From Azolla caroliniana (Eukaryota; Plantae; Polypodiophyta): a stretch of 64,000 nucleotides of DNA. The DNA lies in NCBI GenBank assembly GCA_043228905.1, contig JBHGNT010000002.1, positions 10,850,001 through 10,914,000 of the forward strand. Direction: 5' to 3'. The position numbers and the translations under genes were made by a program. The notes under the pieces are model-generated. The model searched no databases. It had not been told where the DNA came from and saw only the letters and a list, made by a program, of their open reading frames with translations. How positions within the stretch are numbered: the stretch's first letter is position 1; each line of letters starts with the position of its first letter. Positions 1-12,701 of the stretch are shown piece by piece.

Positions 1-906
1 GCCGATCACTGCGTGTTTGTGAAGAAGTTTGAAGGAGGGGACTTCTTGATACTCCTCCTGTACGTGGATGACATGTTGATCGTCGGACGAGACCAAGTAA
101 AAATACGGATGCTGAAGAAGGCTCTCAACCGGACCTTCTCAATGAAAGACTTGGGTCCGGCAAGACAAATGCTGGGGATGCACATCATCCGTAACCGGAA
201 AACGAAGCAATTATGGCTGTCACAAGAGAAGTACGTGACAAAGGTGCTTCACCGGTTCAACATGTCAGATGCAAAACCGGTCGGATCGACACTTCCGGCA
301 AACTGCAGGCTATCCGGCAAGCAAAGCCCGAAGATGAAAGCAGAGAAGGCGGATATGCTGAAGATTCCATATGCCTCTGCCGTCGGGAGCTTGATGTACG
401 CTATGGTGTGTACCCGACCAGATATAGGATACGCAGTCGGAGTGGTGAGCCGGTTCATGAGTAATCCCGGCAAGGAGCACTGGAACGCAGTCAAATGGAT
501 ACTCCGGTACTTGAAGGGCACTTCAAATATGTGTCTCCGATTCGGCTCTGGAAAACCTCAACTGGACGGTTTCACCGATTCGGACATGTCGGCTGATGTG
601 GATACCAGCCGGTCTACATCCGGGTATGTAATGACATATGCAGGGGGAGCTGTTTCATGGCAGTCAAGGTTGCAGAAGACGGTTGCATTGTCAACCACGG
701 AGGCGGAGTACATGGCAGCTGTGGAAGCCGGCAAGGAAATCTTATGGATGAAGGACTTCATCGGTGAGCTCGGTATACGGCAAGAGGAATACCGACTTTT
801 TTGCGACAGTCAAAGTGCCATCCACCTTGCTAAGAATGCGGTCTACCATTCCCGGACGAAGCATATCCAGCGGAGGTATCACTGGATCCGGGAAAGAGTA
901 GATGAC
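1..906 (+). pseudogene. pol: copia pol RT/RNaseH fragment of element B (continues 6428-6559)
   Basis: ORF 13..1083 is RT/RH up to RERVDD (906); the rest is read-through into the inserted LTR. Confidence 0.93.
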
Positions 907-1185
907 TGTTATGAATCCACGCTCCGATTCACCTTCACCGTTCGGCCACAACCGAGAAATCACGAATCAATGCAGCAGAAAATAGGAAACACAGAGAAAG
1001 ACACGATAACACAGGGATTAACGTGGAAAACCCTATACGGGAAAAAAACCACGGGAGTCCTCAAACTCCAACTATCACTATAAACAGAGATGTACAATGG
1101 TGAAGCTACAAGGCAACAACCTTGAGCTCACTGTCTTCGCCACAGGCGGCGGTAATACACAGAGGCAACGACCTCTTCGTCTTCC

Positions 1186-1219
<34 letters not shown>

Positions 1220-1608
1220 CTGCTCTCTTCACTCTCTCAAAGTGAAAACAGAAAAATGAGCAACAACAGTAAAACTGTTTGCCCTAAGTCATATTTATAC
1301 ACATATGACTTTGGGGCTATTTACAACTATAGCCTCAAGGGCCCTTGGCAAACATATTCACAGATATGTCCCCGCATCCGGATCTCTCTCCGGGTACCTT
1401 CGTCATCCGGCTCCGTAGCCGGGGTCTTCATCATCCGGATCCAAAACCGGGTCTTCGTCATCCGGCTCCGTAGCCGGGGTCTTCATCATCCGGATCCGAA
1501 ACCGGGTCTTCGTCATCCGGTTCCAATACCGGGTACTCCTCATTCGGGTCTTCATTCCCGATTCCCGGACATCTGATCATCCCATCCGGAGGGACCGTAA
1601 TCCCAACA
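907..1608 (-). repeat. 3' LTR of element A (702 bp)
   Basis: Matches 5723-6422; by eye it differs by one CT unit in the (CT)n tract and one C/T substitution (1391 vs 6205). Confidence 0.96.
1398..1535. repeat. 55-bp tandem repeat (28+27-bp CCGG-rich subunits) in U3 of the element A LTR; second copy ~6212-6349
   Basis: CTTCGTCATCCGG recurs at 1398, 1453 and 1508. Confidence 0.85.
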
Positions 1609-1620
1609 AACTCCCCCTTC
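1609..1620 (-). promoter_or_regulatory. Polypurine tract of element A
   Basis: Minus strand GAAGGGGGAG-TT directly precedes the 3' LTR TGTTGGGA and overlaps the pol stop codon. Confidence 0.93.
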
Positions 1621-4600
1621 ACTTCGGCATGGGATGTCTTTCCAGTCCGATCCTCTTCCGGCATGCTTCCAGCTTGTCGGGTGTAAGTACCTTGGTCAGC
1701 ATATCCGACCCGTTCTCGTCCGTGTGGATCTTTGTCAGCACGAACTCCTTGTCTTCTATCCTTTCCCGGATCCAGTGGTATCTACGCTGGATGTGCTTCG
1801 TCCGGGAGTGATAGGCCGCATTCTTCGCAAGGTGGATGGCACTCTGACTGTCGCAGTAGAGTCGGTACTCCTCCTGCCGGATACCGAGCTCTCTAATGAA
1901 GTCCTTCATCCATATTATTTCTTTGCCGGCTTCAACGGCCGCCATGTACTCCGCCTCCGTGGTTGACAGTGCAACCGTCTTCTGCAGCCTCGACTGCCAT
2001 GAAACAGCTCCCCCTGCATACGTCATCACATACCCTGATGTGGACCGGCTGGTATCTGCATCAGCCGACATATCCGAATCGGTAAATCCATCGAGTTCGG
2101 GCTTACCGGAGCCGAATCGGAGGCACATGTTTGCCGTGCCCTTCAGGTATCGGAGTATCCATTTGACCGCGTTCCAATGCTCTTTGCCGGGATTGCTCAT
2201 GTACCGGCTCACCACTCCGACTGCATATCCTATGTCCGGTCGGGTACACACCATCGCGTACATCAAGCTCCCGACGGCAGAGGCATATGGTACTTTCATC
2301 ATGTCCTCCTTCTCAGCCTTTGTCTTGGGGCTTTGCTTGCTGGACAGCTTGCAGTTTGCCGGGAGTGTCGATCCGACCGGTCTTGCTTCCGACATGTTGA
2401 ACCGTTGAAACACCTTTGTCACGTACTTCTCCTGTGACAGCCACAACTGCTTCTTCTTCCGGTCCCGGATGATGTGCATCCCTAGTATTTGCCTCGCCGG
2501 ACCCAGGTCCTTCATTGAGAAGGTTCGGTGAAGAGCCTTCTTCAGCATCCGTATCTTGACCTGGTCCCGTCCGACGATCAACATGTCGTCCACGTACAGG
2601 AGGAGTATTAGAAAGTCTCCTCCTTCGAACTTCTTCACAAACACGCAGTGGTCGGACTGCGTTTTGAGGTACCCTTCGTCGGTCATGAAGGAGTCGAACT
2701 TCCGGTACCATTGCCGGGGAGCCTGTTTCAGTCCGTAAAGGCTCTTCTTCAACCGGCATACCAGGTGCTCCTTCCCTTTCTTCTCGAATCCTTCCGGTTG
2801 CTGCATGTAGATCTCTTCATCGAGGTCACCGTGAAGGAATGCCGTCTTCACGTCCATCTGTTCTAATTCGAGGTCCATGCTTGCCGCTATGCTCAGCACC
2901 GTCCGGATGGAGGTCATCTTCACTACCGGGGCAAATATCTCGTCGAAGTCGACGCCCTTCTTCTGTTGAAACCCCTTCACCACGATCCTGGCTTTGTATC
3001 TCGGGGGGTTTCCGGCATCTCCCGGTTTCAGCTTGAACACCCACTTGTTTCGAAGTGCCCGCTTTCCTTTCGGCAACTCCACAAGTTCATATGTGTGGTT
3101 CTCATGCAGGGAATCCATCTCGTCCTGCATGGCACTCAACCACCTGCGGCTCTGGGTGTCGTGCTTTGCTTCTTCAAAGCTCTCCGGCTCCCCCTCGTCG
3201 GTTAGCAGCACGTGCTCTTGTTCCGGAAATCTCCGGGGGGCCCTTCTCTCTCTTAGAGGGTATCTCCGTTCCGGAGCTTCGGTAACCGGTTCTTCCGATT
3301 CTTCTTCATCCGAATCCATTTCGGGATCGGGGCCGGTTCCGGTATCATTTTCATCTTCTTCGGCCGGTTCTGTTTCTTCACCGTCTTCGGCCGGATCCTC
3401 GAGTGCTAACCGGTCCCTTGCCGGTCGGGACTGCTCCTCGTAGAGTTGATTCTCACCGGTCGACTTGGAGCTCTTCATCTTCTTCTCCGACTCCCAGTCG
3501 GCGAGTGTCTTGTCCTCCATGAAGATGATATCACGACTCCTGAATATCTTCTTGTCGACCGGGTCCCATACTCGGTAGCCGAACTCGTCGTCGCCGTAAC
3601 CGAGGAATATGCATGGACGGGTCTTTGGATCTAGCTTTCCTCTCCGGTCCTTTGCCACATGCACATATGCGAGACACCCGAACACCTTCAGATGCCGGTA
3701 GGATACTTCCCTACCGGTCCACACTCTCTGCGGCGTGTCTCCGTCCAAAGGTACTGAGGGTGATCTATTTATCACATATGTCGCCGTCGACATTGCCTCA
3801 GCCCAAAATCCCTTGGGTAATTTCGCATGCGCCAGCATACTCCGGACCCTCTCCATTATGGTCCGGTTCATCCTCTCGGCCAGCCCGTTCAGTTCCGGCG
3901 TCTTCGGCACAGTAAACTCGAGTCGGATTCCCTTCGAGCGACAGTACTCCTAGAACTGCCCCCGGTATTCCCCTCCGTTATCCGCTCGTATCGCTTTCAG
4001 CTTCTTGCCGGATTCTCTTTCCACTCTCGCGTGGAGTTCTTTGAAGACGGACAGCACTCGGTCCTTTGTCTTCAACGGTGCCGTCCACAGCTTCCGACTG
4101 TAATCATCGATGAATGTTACGAAGTACTGGGCTCCGCCATGTGACTTGGTTTCTACCTGACACACATCAGTGTGCACCAACTCCAATGGTGCGCTACGTC
4201 TCGTCGGTGGCCTTGAGTGGAAGGAGGTTCGGTTCTGCTTACCGGCCAGGCAATCGGCGCACTTCTCCAGGTGCACATGCCTCACTGGAATGAGGTTGTC
4301 TTCTGCAAGCCTCTTCATCCCCTTCTCACTCATGTGACACAGTCTCTTGTGCCACAACTCACCGGCAGTATCGGCTGCCACGTTCAGCTCCTCCGGACAT
4401 AGCCGGGAATTCATCAGGTACAGGGTGTTGATCTTCCGGGCCCGAGCCACTATCAGGCTCCCCTTGCTGAACTTCATTACACCGTTCCGGATGCTACCTG
4501 TGTAGCCTTCATCATCTAGCCTCCCGGCCGAAATCAGGTTCAATCGAACCTCCGGAACGTGTCGAACATCCTTCAGCAGCATCTTGCATCCGGTTGATGT

Positions 4601-5692
4601 CATCAGCCACACGTCTCCGATGCCGGCAATCCGGCACGTACCTTCATTTCCCATCCGAACACAGCCATGCTCACCGGCTGTGTAGGATGAGAAGTATCTT
4701 CTCTCCGGGGTCAGGTGGAACGATGCTCCGGAATCGACCACCCAGGTCGTCTCATCGCCGGCAACGTTTAGCTCACCTTCTTCGGTGATGAGCATGATTT
4801 CTTCCTCACTTGCCGCGAGTGCTGTTGTTCCTTTCCGATCCTGCCCTCGCCGATCCGAACCTCTCCGGTCTGTGGCTCCCCGGTATGCACCGTTTCTCTC
4901 CGGTGACTTCTTCGAATCGGTGTCGTCGGCTCCGTTGTCTTTTCGGTAATGCCGACAATTCTTTCGGAAGTGCCCCGGCTTCCCACAGTGGAAGCATGTA
5001 GGCCTTCCTCTTGACTGCGACCGGGTCCCCGACTTCTCCCGTCTTTGCGGACTCCGGTTCCATTGTCTTCCCCGATCCGATTCGGTAAGCAGCGCCTTCG
5101 TGTCGGAGGCCGGTTCTTTATCTTTCCGACGCGCTTCTTCGTTCAAAATACTTGTCTTTACCGTTTGTAAGGACAAGTTATCTTCGGTGCACGAGGTGCT
5201 GAGAGTCACCACCAAGTTCTCCCAGCTTTCCGGCAATGTACACATCAGGATGATGGCTTGCATTGCATCCTCCAACGGGAACTTAATCGCCGCAAGCTGG
5301 TTCACGAATCCCATGAACGTGCTTACGTGTTCCACCATACTCTCGCCGTCCCGGTACTTGAGATTCACTATCTTCCTCATCAGGGAGGTCCGGTTCAACG
5401 CATTCTTCCTCTCATAGAGGCCCGACAGCTTCTTCCACATCTCGTATGCGTTGGTGTCGTTCGCCACATGTTGTAGAACGCTCACGTCGACGTATTGCCG
5501 AATGGTTGCAACGGCTTTCCGGTTCAGAAGCCTCCATTCCGTCTCAAGTACCCCCTTCGGTATTTCCGACCTGTCAATCGGTTCGTACAGGTCCCGAACA
5601 ATCAGAAGATCCTCCATCTTGATCTTCCAGTCGGCGTAGTTCTGCGCATTCAGCACCATCATCCCCGGCTGCCCGCTGCTGCCGCCTTCCAT
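1619..5692 (-). pseudogene. gag-pol: copia gag-pol polyprotein of element A with a single in-frame TAG at 3950-3952
   Basis: ORFs 3950..5779 and 1619..3910 are in the same frame. Motifs: CCHC knuckle CFHCGKPGHFRKNC, protease WVVDSGAS, pre-integrase LWHKRLCH, integrase VHTDV..IRADNGGEY..NGLAERMNRT, RT YVDD, RNaseH. First ATG after the PBS is at 5692. Confidence 0.95.
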
Positions 5693-5708
5693 TTTCTGCA
5701 CTGCCGTC

Positions 5709-5720
5709 GCTCTGATACCA
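5709..5720 (-). promoter_or_regulatory. Primer-binding site (initiator tRNA-Met) of element A
   Basis: Minus strand TGGTATCAGAGC, 2 nt after the 5' LTR end. Confidence 0.95.
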
Positions 5721-5722
5721 CT

Positions 5723-6422
5723 TGTTATGAATCCACGCTCCGATTCACCTTCACCGTTCGGCCACAACCGAGAAATCACGAATCAATGCAGCAGAAAATA
5801 GGAAACACAGAGAAAGACACGATAACACAGGGATTAACGTGGAAAACCCTATACGGGAAAAAAACCACGGGAGTCCTCAAACTCCAACTATCACTATAAA
5901 CAGAGATGTACAATGGTGAAGCTACAAGGCAACAACCTTGAGCTCACTGTCTTCGCCACAGGCGGCGGTAATACACAGAGGCAACGACCTCTTCGTCTTC
6001 CTCACTCTCTCTCTCTCTCTCTCTCTCTCTCGGCTGCTCTCTTCACTCTCTCAAAGTGAAAACAGAAAAATGAGCAACAACAGTAAAACTGTTTGCCCTA
6101 AGTCATATTTATACACATATGACTTTGGGGCTATTTACAACTATAGCCTCAAGGGCCCTTGGCAAACATATTCACAGATATGTCCCCGCATCCGGATCTC
6201 TCTCTGGGTACCTTCGTCATCCGGCTCCGTAGCCGGGGTCTTCATCATCCGGATCCAAAACCGGGTCTTCGTCATCCGGCTCCGTAGCCGGGGTCTTCAT
6301 CATCCGGATCCGAAACCGGGTCTTCGTCATCCGGTTCCAATACCGGGTACTCCTCATTCGGGTCTTCATTCCCGATTCCCGGACATCTGATCATCCCATC
6401 CGGAGGGACCGTAATCCCAACA
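5723..6422 (-). repeat. 5' LTR of element A (700 bp)
   Basis: Direct repeat of 907-1608; adjacent to the PBS; followed by TSD ATGAC. Confidence 0.96.
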
Positions 6423-6569
6423 ATGACCAGGAGTTCGCACTGACGAAGATCCACATGGCCGAGAACGGGTCAAATATGCTGACCAAAGTGCTGACACCCG
6501 ACAAGCTCGATGCATGCCGGAAGCGGATCGGACTGGTAAAACACCCCATGCCGGAGTGAAGGGGGAGTT

Positions 6570-7327
6570 TGTTGGGAGACAGGTCCCTCCGGATGGGAAG
6601 GGAGAAGAACAATGCCGACGAACAAACTCGGGCTCGGCCGATAGGCCTCGGCCGAACCGGATGAGGAGTACCCGGCTACGGAGAGCCGGATGATACAGAC
6701 CCGGTATGAACCGGATGAGGAGTACTTGGCTATGGAGAGCCGGATGGTACTGACCCGGTGTGAACCGGATGAGGAGTACCCGGCTACGGAGAGCCGGATG
6801 ATACAGACCCGGTATGAACCGGATGAGGAGTACCCGGCTACGGAGAGCCGGATGGTGCAGGCCGGTATGAACCGGAGGAAGAGACATATTCGTAAATATG
6901 TTTCTGAGAAGTAAATAGCTGAAAAATCATATTAGTATAAATATGACTTAGGGCAAACTTTTAGAAGTTGTTGTAGTTGTTGTCATTTTTCTTGTTGGTG
7001 CAAGAAAAAGGAGAGTGTGTGTAACTGTACAGAGAGGGAGAGAGAGAGACGAGGTCGTTGCCTCTGTTGTAATCGCCGCCTGTGGCGAAGATCGTGAGTT
7101 CGAGGTCGTTGCCTCAGTGTACTCACTATTTTGTACATTCATACATAGTGACAGTTTGCAGCCCATGGGCTGCCGTGGTTTTTCTCCTAGTTTGGGGTTT
7201 TCCACGTAAACCTCCTGTGTACCATTTCTCTTCTCTGTGTCGTGTTTTATTTCCCGTTTTCTGTGTATGAAAAGAAGCTCGGTTGTGGCCGAGCGTTGCG
7301 CATAAGGAAGGTTGGGTTCCCGTTACA
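6570..7327 (+). repeat. 3' LTR of element B
   Basis: Starts TGTTGGGA after the PPT; TATA box GTATAAATATG near 6935; shares CTCGGTTGTGGCCGA with the A LTR; ends GTTACA, where an unrelated gag sequence begins. Confidence 0.85.
6654..6872 (+). repeat. 4 x 54-bp tandem repeat in U3 of the element B LTR
   Basis: CCGGATGAGGAGTAC recurs at 6657, 6711, 6765 and 6819; gives the 18-aa periodicity of ORF 6690..6914. Confidence 0.92.
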
Positions 7328-9467
7328 TTTGACACTCCGAAAAGCCTGCTTCAATGTTAGCCAATGAATGGAGATCAATGGACGAAATCGCATGCTCCAC
7401 CATTCGAATGCATCTAGCCGAAAACGTTTACTTTAGCATGGCAAAAGAGACAACAACGTTCTCACTATGGGAGAAATTACAAGTCGTGTACGAGAAAAAG
7501 TCCTGATCTTCAAAATTGATTTTGATTAAACAATTGTTCAACATGAAGATGAGAGAGACCGATTCAGCTACCTCCCACATCAACACCTTCAGCCGGGTGT
7601 TGTCAGAACTCTCCTCACAAGGGATCAACTTGTGAAAGCCCTTGCCCTCCTATCGAGCTTGCCGGTGAGTTGGGAGGTGTTCTGCATGGCATACGCTAAT
7701 AGCTGACCGATCCTAAATCTGGATGAGACGATCGGCCAAGTCCTCACCGAGGACATTTGGCGAAAATCGATGGGACTTACCATCGATGAATTGGCAAAAG
7801 CCCATCACTTGACCGAGTCATTTGACCGAAAGAGTCGAATGAGAGAACAAGGCGACATAACCAATCGGAATACCAACCGATCAAAAACGAGGGGAGACCG
7901 ACAACGGTCGAAGTCGAGAACGGGCCAATCAGACGAATTCTGCACACATTGCAGAAAAGTTGGCCAGAATGTTTCGGACTATTGGTCAATGAAGAGGAAA
8001 GAGAGTGGTTGGCGATCCGAGCGGAATCGAGGACGACTGACTCGAACCACTCTCCAGTTAGCAACCAAATCAACGTTGCCGACTCCCGATCAGGAGAAGT
8101 TCTCTCCTTAGAGGACTCAATGGTCAAAGAAGTCCTATACTGTGCACAAGATGCACACACGTGGTTACTAGATTCCGGTGCCACATTCCATGTGACCCCC
8201 AACATCGAATGGTTTTCAAACTATTCAGCCGACGCGAGCAACATAGTCCGAATAGGAAACGGGCAGGAGTGCAGAATAGCAGGGACCGGTTCCCATCCAA
8301 TTGCCCAATGGCAACACAATAACCTTGCACCAAGTTCGGTATGTACCTGATCTGAAAAGGAATCTGGTCTCCATCGGCATGCTAACCGAAGACGGGTATC
8401 GAACGACTCTTAGTGAGTCAACATGGATGATTGGTCGAGGAAACCTTAAAATCGGGAGTGCGCACAAGTACAACAACCTGTATGCATTAATGGTGATCGA
8501 TCTAGAAGGGGCCCTGAACGTAGCCGAAAAGACCGACCCAAACTTATGGCATGGCCGACTCGGTCACAAGTCTCAAGCCAAACTTGATCAACTGATGGCG
8601 GTAGGTTACATCCCAAAACTCCAAGCGAAGACGGACTTCTGCGAGCATTGTCGATACGGGAAAGAAACTTGACGTCCGCACACTCTCCACTACAAGACGG
8701 TACGAAAGCCCCTAGAGCTCGTACACACAGATTTATGTGGGCCCATGCCAAAGAAATCACTTGGAGGCTCCTGGTACTTCATCACCTTTGTAGATGACTG
8801 TACATAGAAGGTCTAGGCCTACTTGATCAGGTCCAAAGACGAAGCGCTCGATGTCTTCATTCGGTGGACATCCGAACTGGAGAACTGGTCGGGACATAGA
8901 GTGAAGACACTCAAATCCAACAATGGAGGTGAATACACCTCCATAGCCTTCAAACAATACCTATCAAACAAAGGGATCCGACATCAAAAGACCGTTCCCT
9001 ACACATCCATGCAAAATGGAGTGGCAGAACGGATCAACGGAACGATCCAGGAGTGGGTGACGTCAATGCTCCAGCAAGCTGGACTGAAGCTGGAATTCTG
9101 GGTAGAAGCTTTGCAGACGGCAGTATACCTGATAAATTTGGCACCGTCAAGAGAAATGAGGCTCGAAGTGCCACAAGCACTATGGTCATGCAAACATCCG
9201 ACCTACGATAGGCTCAGTACATATATTCAAATGCGAAGACTACGTGTTCCTCCTCAGGGATAAAAGGACAAAATGGGCACCCCATGCAACGAAATGCATA
9301 TATCTCGGTTATGGAACCTATGGGGAATTTGGCTACAGGCTATGGGACCTTGAGAACCAGAAACTGATCCGGAGCAGTGACGTAGTCTTCAATGAAGACT
9401 CTATCTTCTCTCAACAGAACCAACAGAAAACAGTTGGTAAGAAGGTATCCTTCGAAGACGACAGAGT
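7328..9467 (+). pseudogene. gag-pol: Degenerate Ty1/copia element C: gag-protease-integrase remnant (host of B), truncated at the 3' end
   Basis: Gag-like EWRSMDEIACSTIRMHLAENVY, protease WLLDSGATFHVT, LWHGRLGH, integrase LKSNNGGEY..QNGVAERIN; many stops and frameshifts. Confidence 0.85.
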
Positions 9468-10687
9468 TGTCATCATCTTTTTACGTTTTCCCTAGAGGTA
9501 TTTATAATCATACATCATATGGGCTATTTACAAGTGTAGCCCGTACTACACATCACTACTACTATTATCTATAATAATAAGTAGCCATCAGCCGACTCTA
9601 GTGTTGACTGTCCAGTCAGTCCGACTAGTCAGCCTGGTCATCGACCATCCGGTCAACCTGACTAGTCGATTGTGTCTTCAACCTAGATCTCCTTCTTGTC
9701 GGCTCACCCAGTAAACTTTCTCGTAGTTGCCTCTTCAACCATCAACACTCGGTCCGAACAGTTGGCTTGTCCTTGTCTTCACCTGTTGGCACTTCTTGGC
9801 CCAAACAGTCGGCTCCTCCCACTGGAGGGACATATTCCCAACAAACTCCCTCTTCACTCCAGTGGGTGGGAGTTGGTCAGTCTTGTCTTCTGTCGACAGA
9901 CTCTGAGTCTGTCCATTGATAGCTTCTTCGTGAGCATGTCAGATCCATTGTTGTCGGTATGGATCTTCACGAGGGAAAACTCTCCTTCATCTAACTTCTC
10001 TTGCAACAGTGATACCTCCTTTGTATATGCTTGGTCCGAGAGTGGTATGTAGCGTTCTTTGCAAGATGTATGGCACTCTGATTATCACAATGGAGCAATA
10101 ATTCTTCTTGCTTCATCCCGAGTTCACTAAGGAAACTCTTCATCCAAATCAGCTCCTTGCCGGCCTCTACCACTACCATATACTCTACTTCTGTGGTCAA
10201 CAAGGCCACAGACTTCTATAGTCGTGATTGCCACGACACTGCTCCCCTTGCATAGGTCATCACATACCCTGATTTGGATCAACTCGTGTTTGCATCCCCT
10301 GACATGTCTGACTCGGTAAACCCTTTGAGCATGGGATTTCCAATGCCATACCTTAGGCATACTGCCGAGGTGCCTTTTAAGTACCTGAGTATCCACTTCA
10401 CTGTTGCCCAATGTTCTCGTCCTGGATTACTTATATATCGGCTTACTATTCCCACAAAAAATGCTTTGTCTGGTCTCGTGCAAACCATAGTGTACATTAA
10501 ACTACCGATGGCTGAGGCATATGGTACTTTCTTTATCTCAGCCTTTTCTTTCTCCCCTCTGGGGAATTTCCTAGCATTTAACTTGCAGTTGGTCGGCAAC
10601 ATAGAGGCGACTGGCTTTGCTTCCGACATGTTGATCCACTCTAGGATCTTTGTCACATACTTCTGTTGTGACAACCACAACACTTTC
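9468..10687 (-). mobile_element. Degenerate Ty1/copia element D: partial 3' LTR (~9468-9843), PPT (9844-9855), RH/RT remnant
   Basis: LTR edge CCCAACA at 9843 followed by AACTCCCTCTTC; RH/RT peptides in ORFs 9991..10209 and 10279..10731. The left boundary is approximate. Confidence 0.78.
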
Positions 10688-12230
10688 TGTGAGGAATAGT
10701 GCTTGGCCACAATCGAGTCGCAATCAGTCAATGGAAAAAAAACAACAAAAAAATAGAAATAAGACGAAACAAGATGTTATTGTGGAAAACCCTAATCGAG
10801 AAAAACCACGGGAGCCCACAGATTCCAAGTATCACTATGAGAGGAAGGGTACAATGGGAGACTCAGAGGCAATGACCTCAAGCTCTATCTTCGCCTATCG
10901 GCGGTTACAACAGAAAAGCTTTCTTTATCTCTCTCTCTCTCTGCCTATTTGTACAACAATAATGATAATAACCTAATAACACTATTTTCCCTAGTTATAT
11001 TTATACTCATATAACTTATTGGCTATTTACAAATATGACCTCAACGGTCACGTTTGAACATATTTATCAATATGTTCCTATTTGTTGGTTCATACCGAAT
11101 CTAGCCGGATTCATTCCGGATCCATCCGATCCGATCCGATTCCTTCCTTCGTCCCATCTTCCGGCTCATCCAGTTTTCATCCGGATCCCATCCAAAGGGA
11201 TCTGTTTCCCTACAAACTGCCCCTTCACTCCAGCATGGGATTTCTCGTTAGTCTGATCCGTCTTTGACACTTGTCTAGTTTATTGGCTGACGACACCTTG
11301 GTCAACATGACCGACCCATTCTCCTCCGTATGAATGTTCATCAGTGAAAACTCTTTATCTTCCACTTTCTCCCGTAGCCAGTGGTATCTCCTTTGGATGT
11401 GCTTGGTCCGGGAATGGTAGCTCGCGTTCTTCGTGAGGTAGATGGCACTTTGATTGTCGCAATAGAGTCGGAATTCCTCTTGCCGATCCCTAGCTCTCCA
11501 ATGAAGTCCTTCATCCAGATTACCTCTTTTCCAGCTTCTACAGGTGCCATGTACTCCGCTTCCATTGTCGACAGTGCAACGGAATTATGCATCCTCGACT
11601 GCCACGATACATCTCCCCTTGCATAAGTCATGACATATCCGGATGTAGACCGGCTGGTATCCACATCACCTGACATATCCGAATCCGTGAATCCTTCAAG
11701 TTGGGGTTTTGTTGAGTCGAATCGGAGGCACATACTTGAGGTGCCTTTCAAGTACCGAAGTATCCACTTAACCATGGTTCAATGTTCTCTTCCCGGATTG
11801 CTCATGAACTGACTGACCACTCCGATTGCATATCCGATATCTGGCCAGGTACACACCTTTGTGTACATCAAGCTCTGATGGCAAAGGCATATGGTATCTT
11901 CATAATCTCCCACTTTTGTGCCTTTGTCTTCGAGCTCTGCTTTCTGGATAGTTTGCAATTTTTTGGAAGTGTTGACTCGACCGGCTTAGCATCTGACATG
12001 CTGAACCTTTGAAGCACCTTTGTCACGTACTTCTCCTGTGACAACCACAATAGCTTCTTCGTCCGGTCTCAGACTATGTGCATCCCCAATATTGATCTCG
12101 CCAAACCCAGATCTTTCATTGAGAAGATCTGGTTCAAGGCCTTCTTCAGATTTTCAATTTTGATCTGGCCCGGTCCAATGATAAGCATGTCATCCACATA
12201 CAACAAAAGTATTAGGAAGTCGTCGTTGTC

Positions 12231-12701
12231 TGCTGGAATAGTAACCGCCGGACATAACGTGGGATAAATTAAAATACAAATTAAAATATTGTAAGAAACG
12301 AATGTAACAGTTCACGCGAGGAGCATAACCGACGAGACACCTTGTGTATATAAAGGGCAGAAATCCTATGTAAAGGGTTAGTGTTGTTTTGAGAGTTCTT
12401 TTCTAATATAGTATTATCTCCCTTGATCTATTGTGTAAGTGCCAATGTGATATTGAGTGAGGGTTATACTCTGTTAAGAAGTGCGTACCTGTGAACGTAA
12501 GGTTAAGCTTGTTCCCGTAGTTACGCATCGTTCCTTCGGTTGTAGTCGGGAACCTTCATGCCCTATAGATACGTACTATTCAGTAAAAAGTGAGGTATGG
12601 ACGTATGCAGTACGCCTCTCTATCCATTGTAATGCAACCCCTTGATGCCTACCTTGAAGGATAGTGGGTAGACTGTTCTAGTCGACAGTACGCTGACAAC
12701 A
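12231..12701 (+). mobile_element. Solo LTR (~471 bp) of an unrelated family inserted in the RT of E
   Basis: TG..CA termini, non-coding, TATA-like GTATATAAAGGG near 12346, flanked by GTTGTC on both sides; RT sequence resumes at 12702. Confidence 0.72.

Larger units (their letters stand above)
907..6422 (-). mobile_element. Full-length Ty1/copia element A (Tnt1/Tork-like), recent insertion
   Basis: Direct-repeat LTRs 907-1608 and 5723-6422 with TG..CA termini; perfect 5-bp TSD ATGAC (902-906 and 6423-6427); PBS, PPT and gag-PR-IN-RT-RH order. Confidence 0.97.
1..7327 (+). mobile_element. Ty1/copia element B (3' part only; RT-RNaseH, PPT, 3' LTR), interrupted by element A
   Basis: RT motif LLLYVDDMLI and RNaseH motifs FTDSDMSADVDTSRSTSG and RTKHIQRRYHWIRE in 13-906. 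The frame resumes after the ATGAC TSD at 6428 (QEFALTKIH...HPMPE*, stop 6557-6559). It is followed by PPT GAAGGGGGAG and LTR TGTTGGGA at 6570. Confidence 0.93.

Noticed and set aside
1097-1576. 159-aa ORF repeated at 5938-6390 as a duplicated gene
   Set aside because: Antisense reading of LTR microsatellite and tandem repeats; the frame changes with the CT slippage.
3950-3958. Programmed stop-codon readthrough in element A
   Set aside because: The stop is inside the integrase core, the context is not the CARYYA readthrough signal, and relatives have sense codons.
6654-6872. CRISPR-like array
   Set aside because: Head-to-tail repeats without unique spacers, inside a eukaryotic LTR, with no cas genes.
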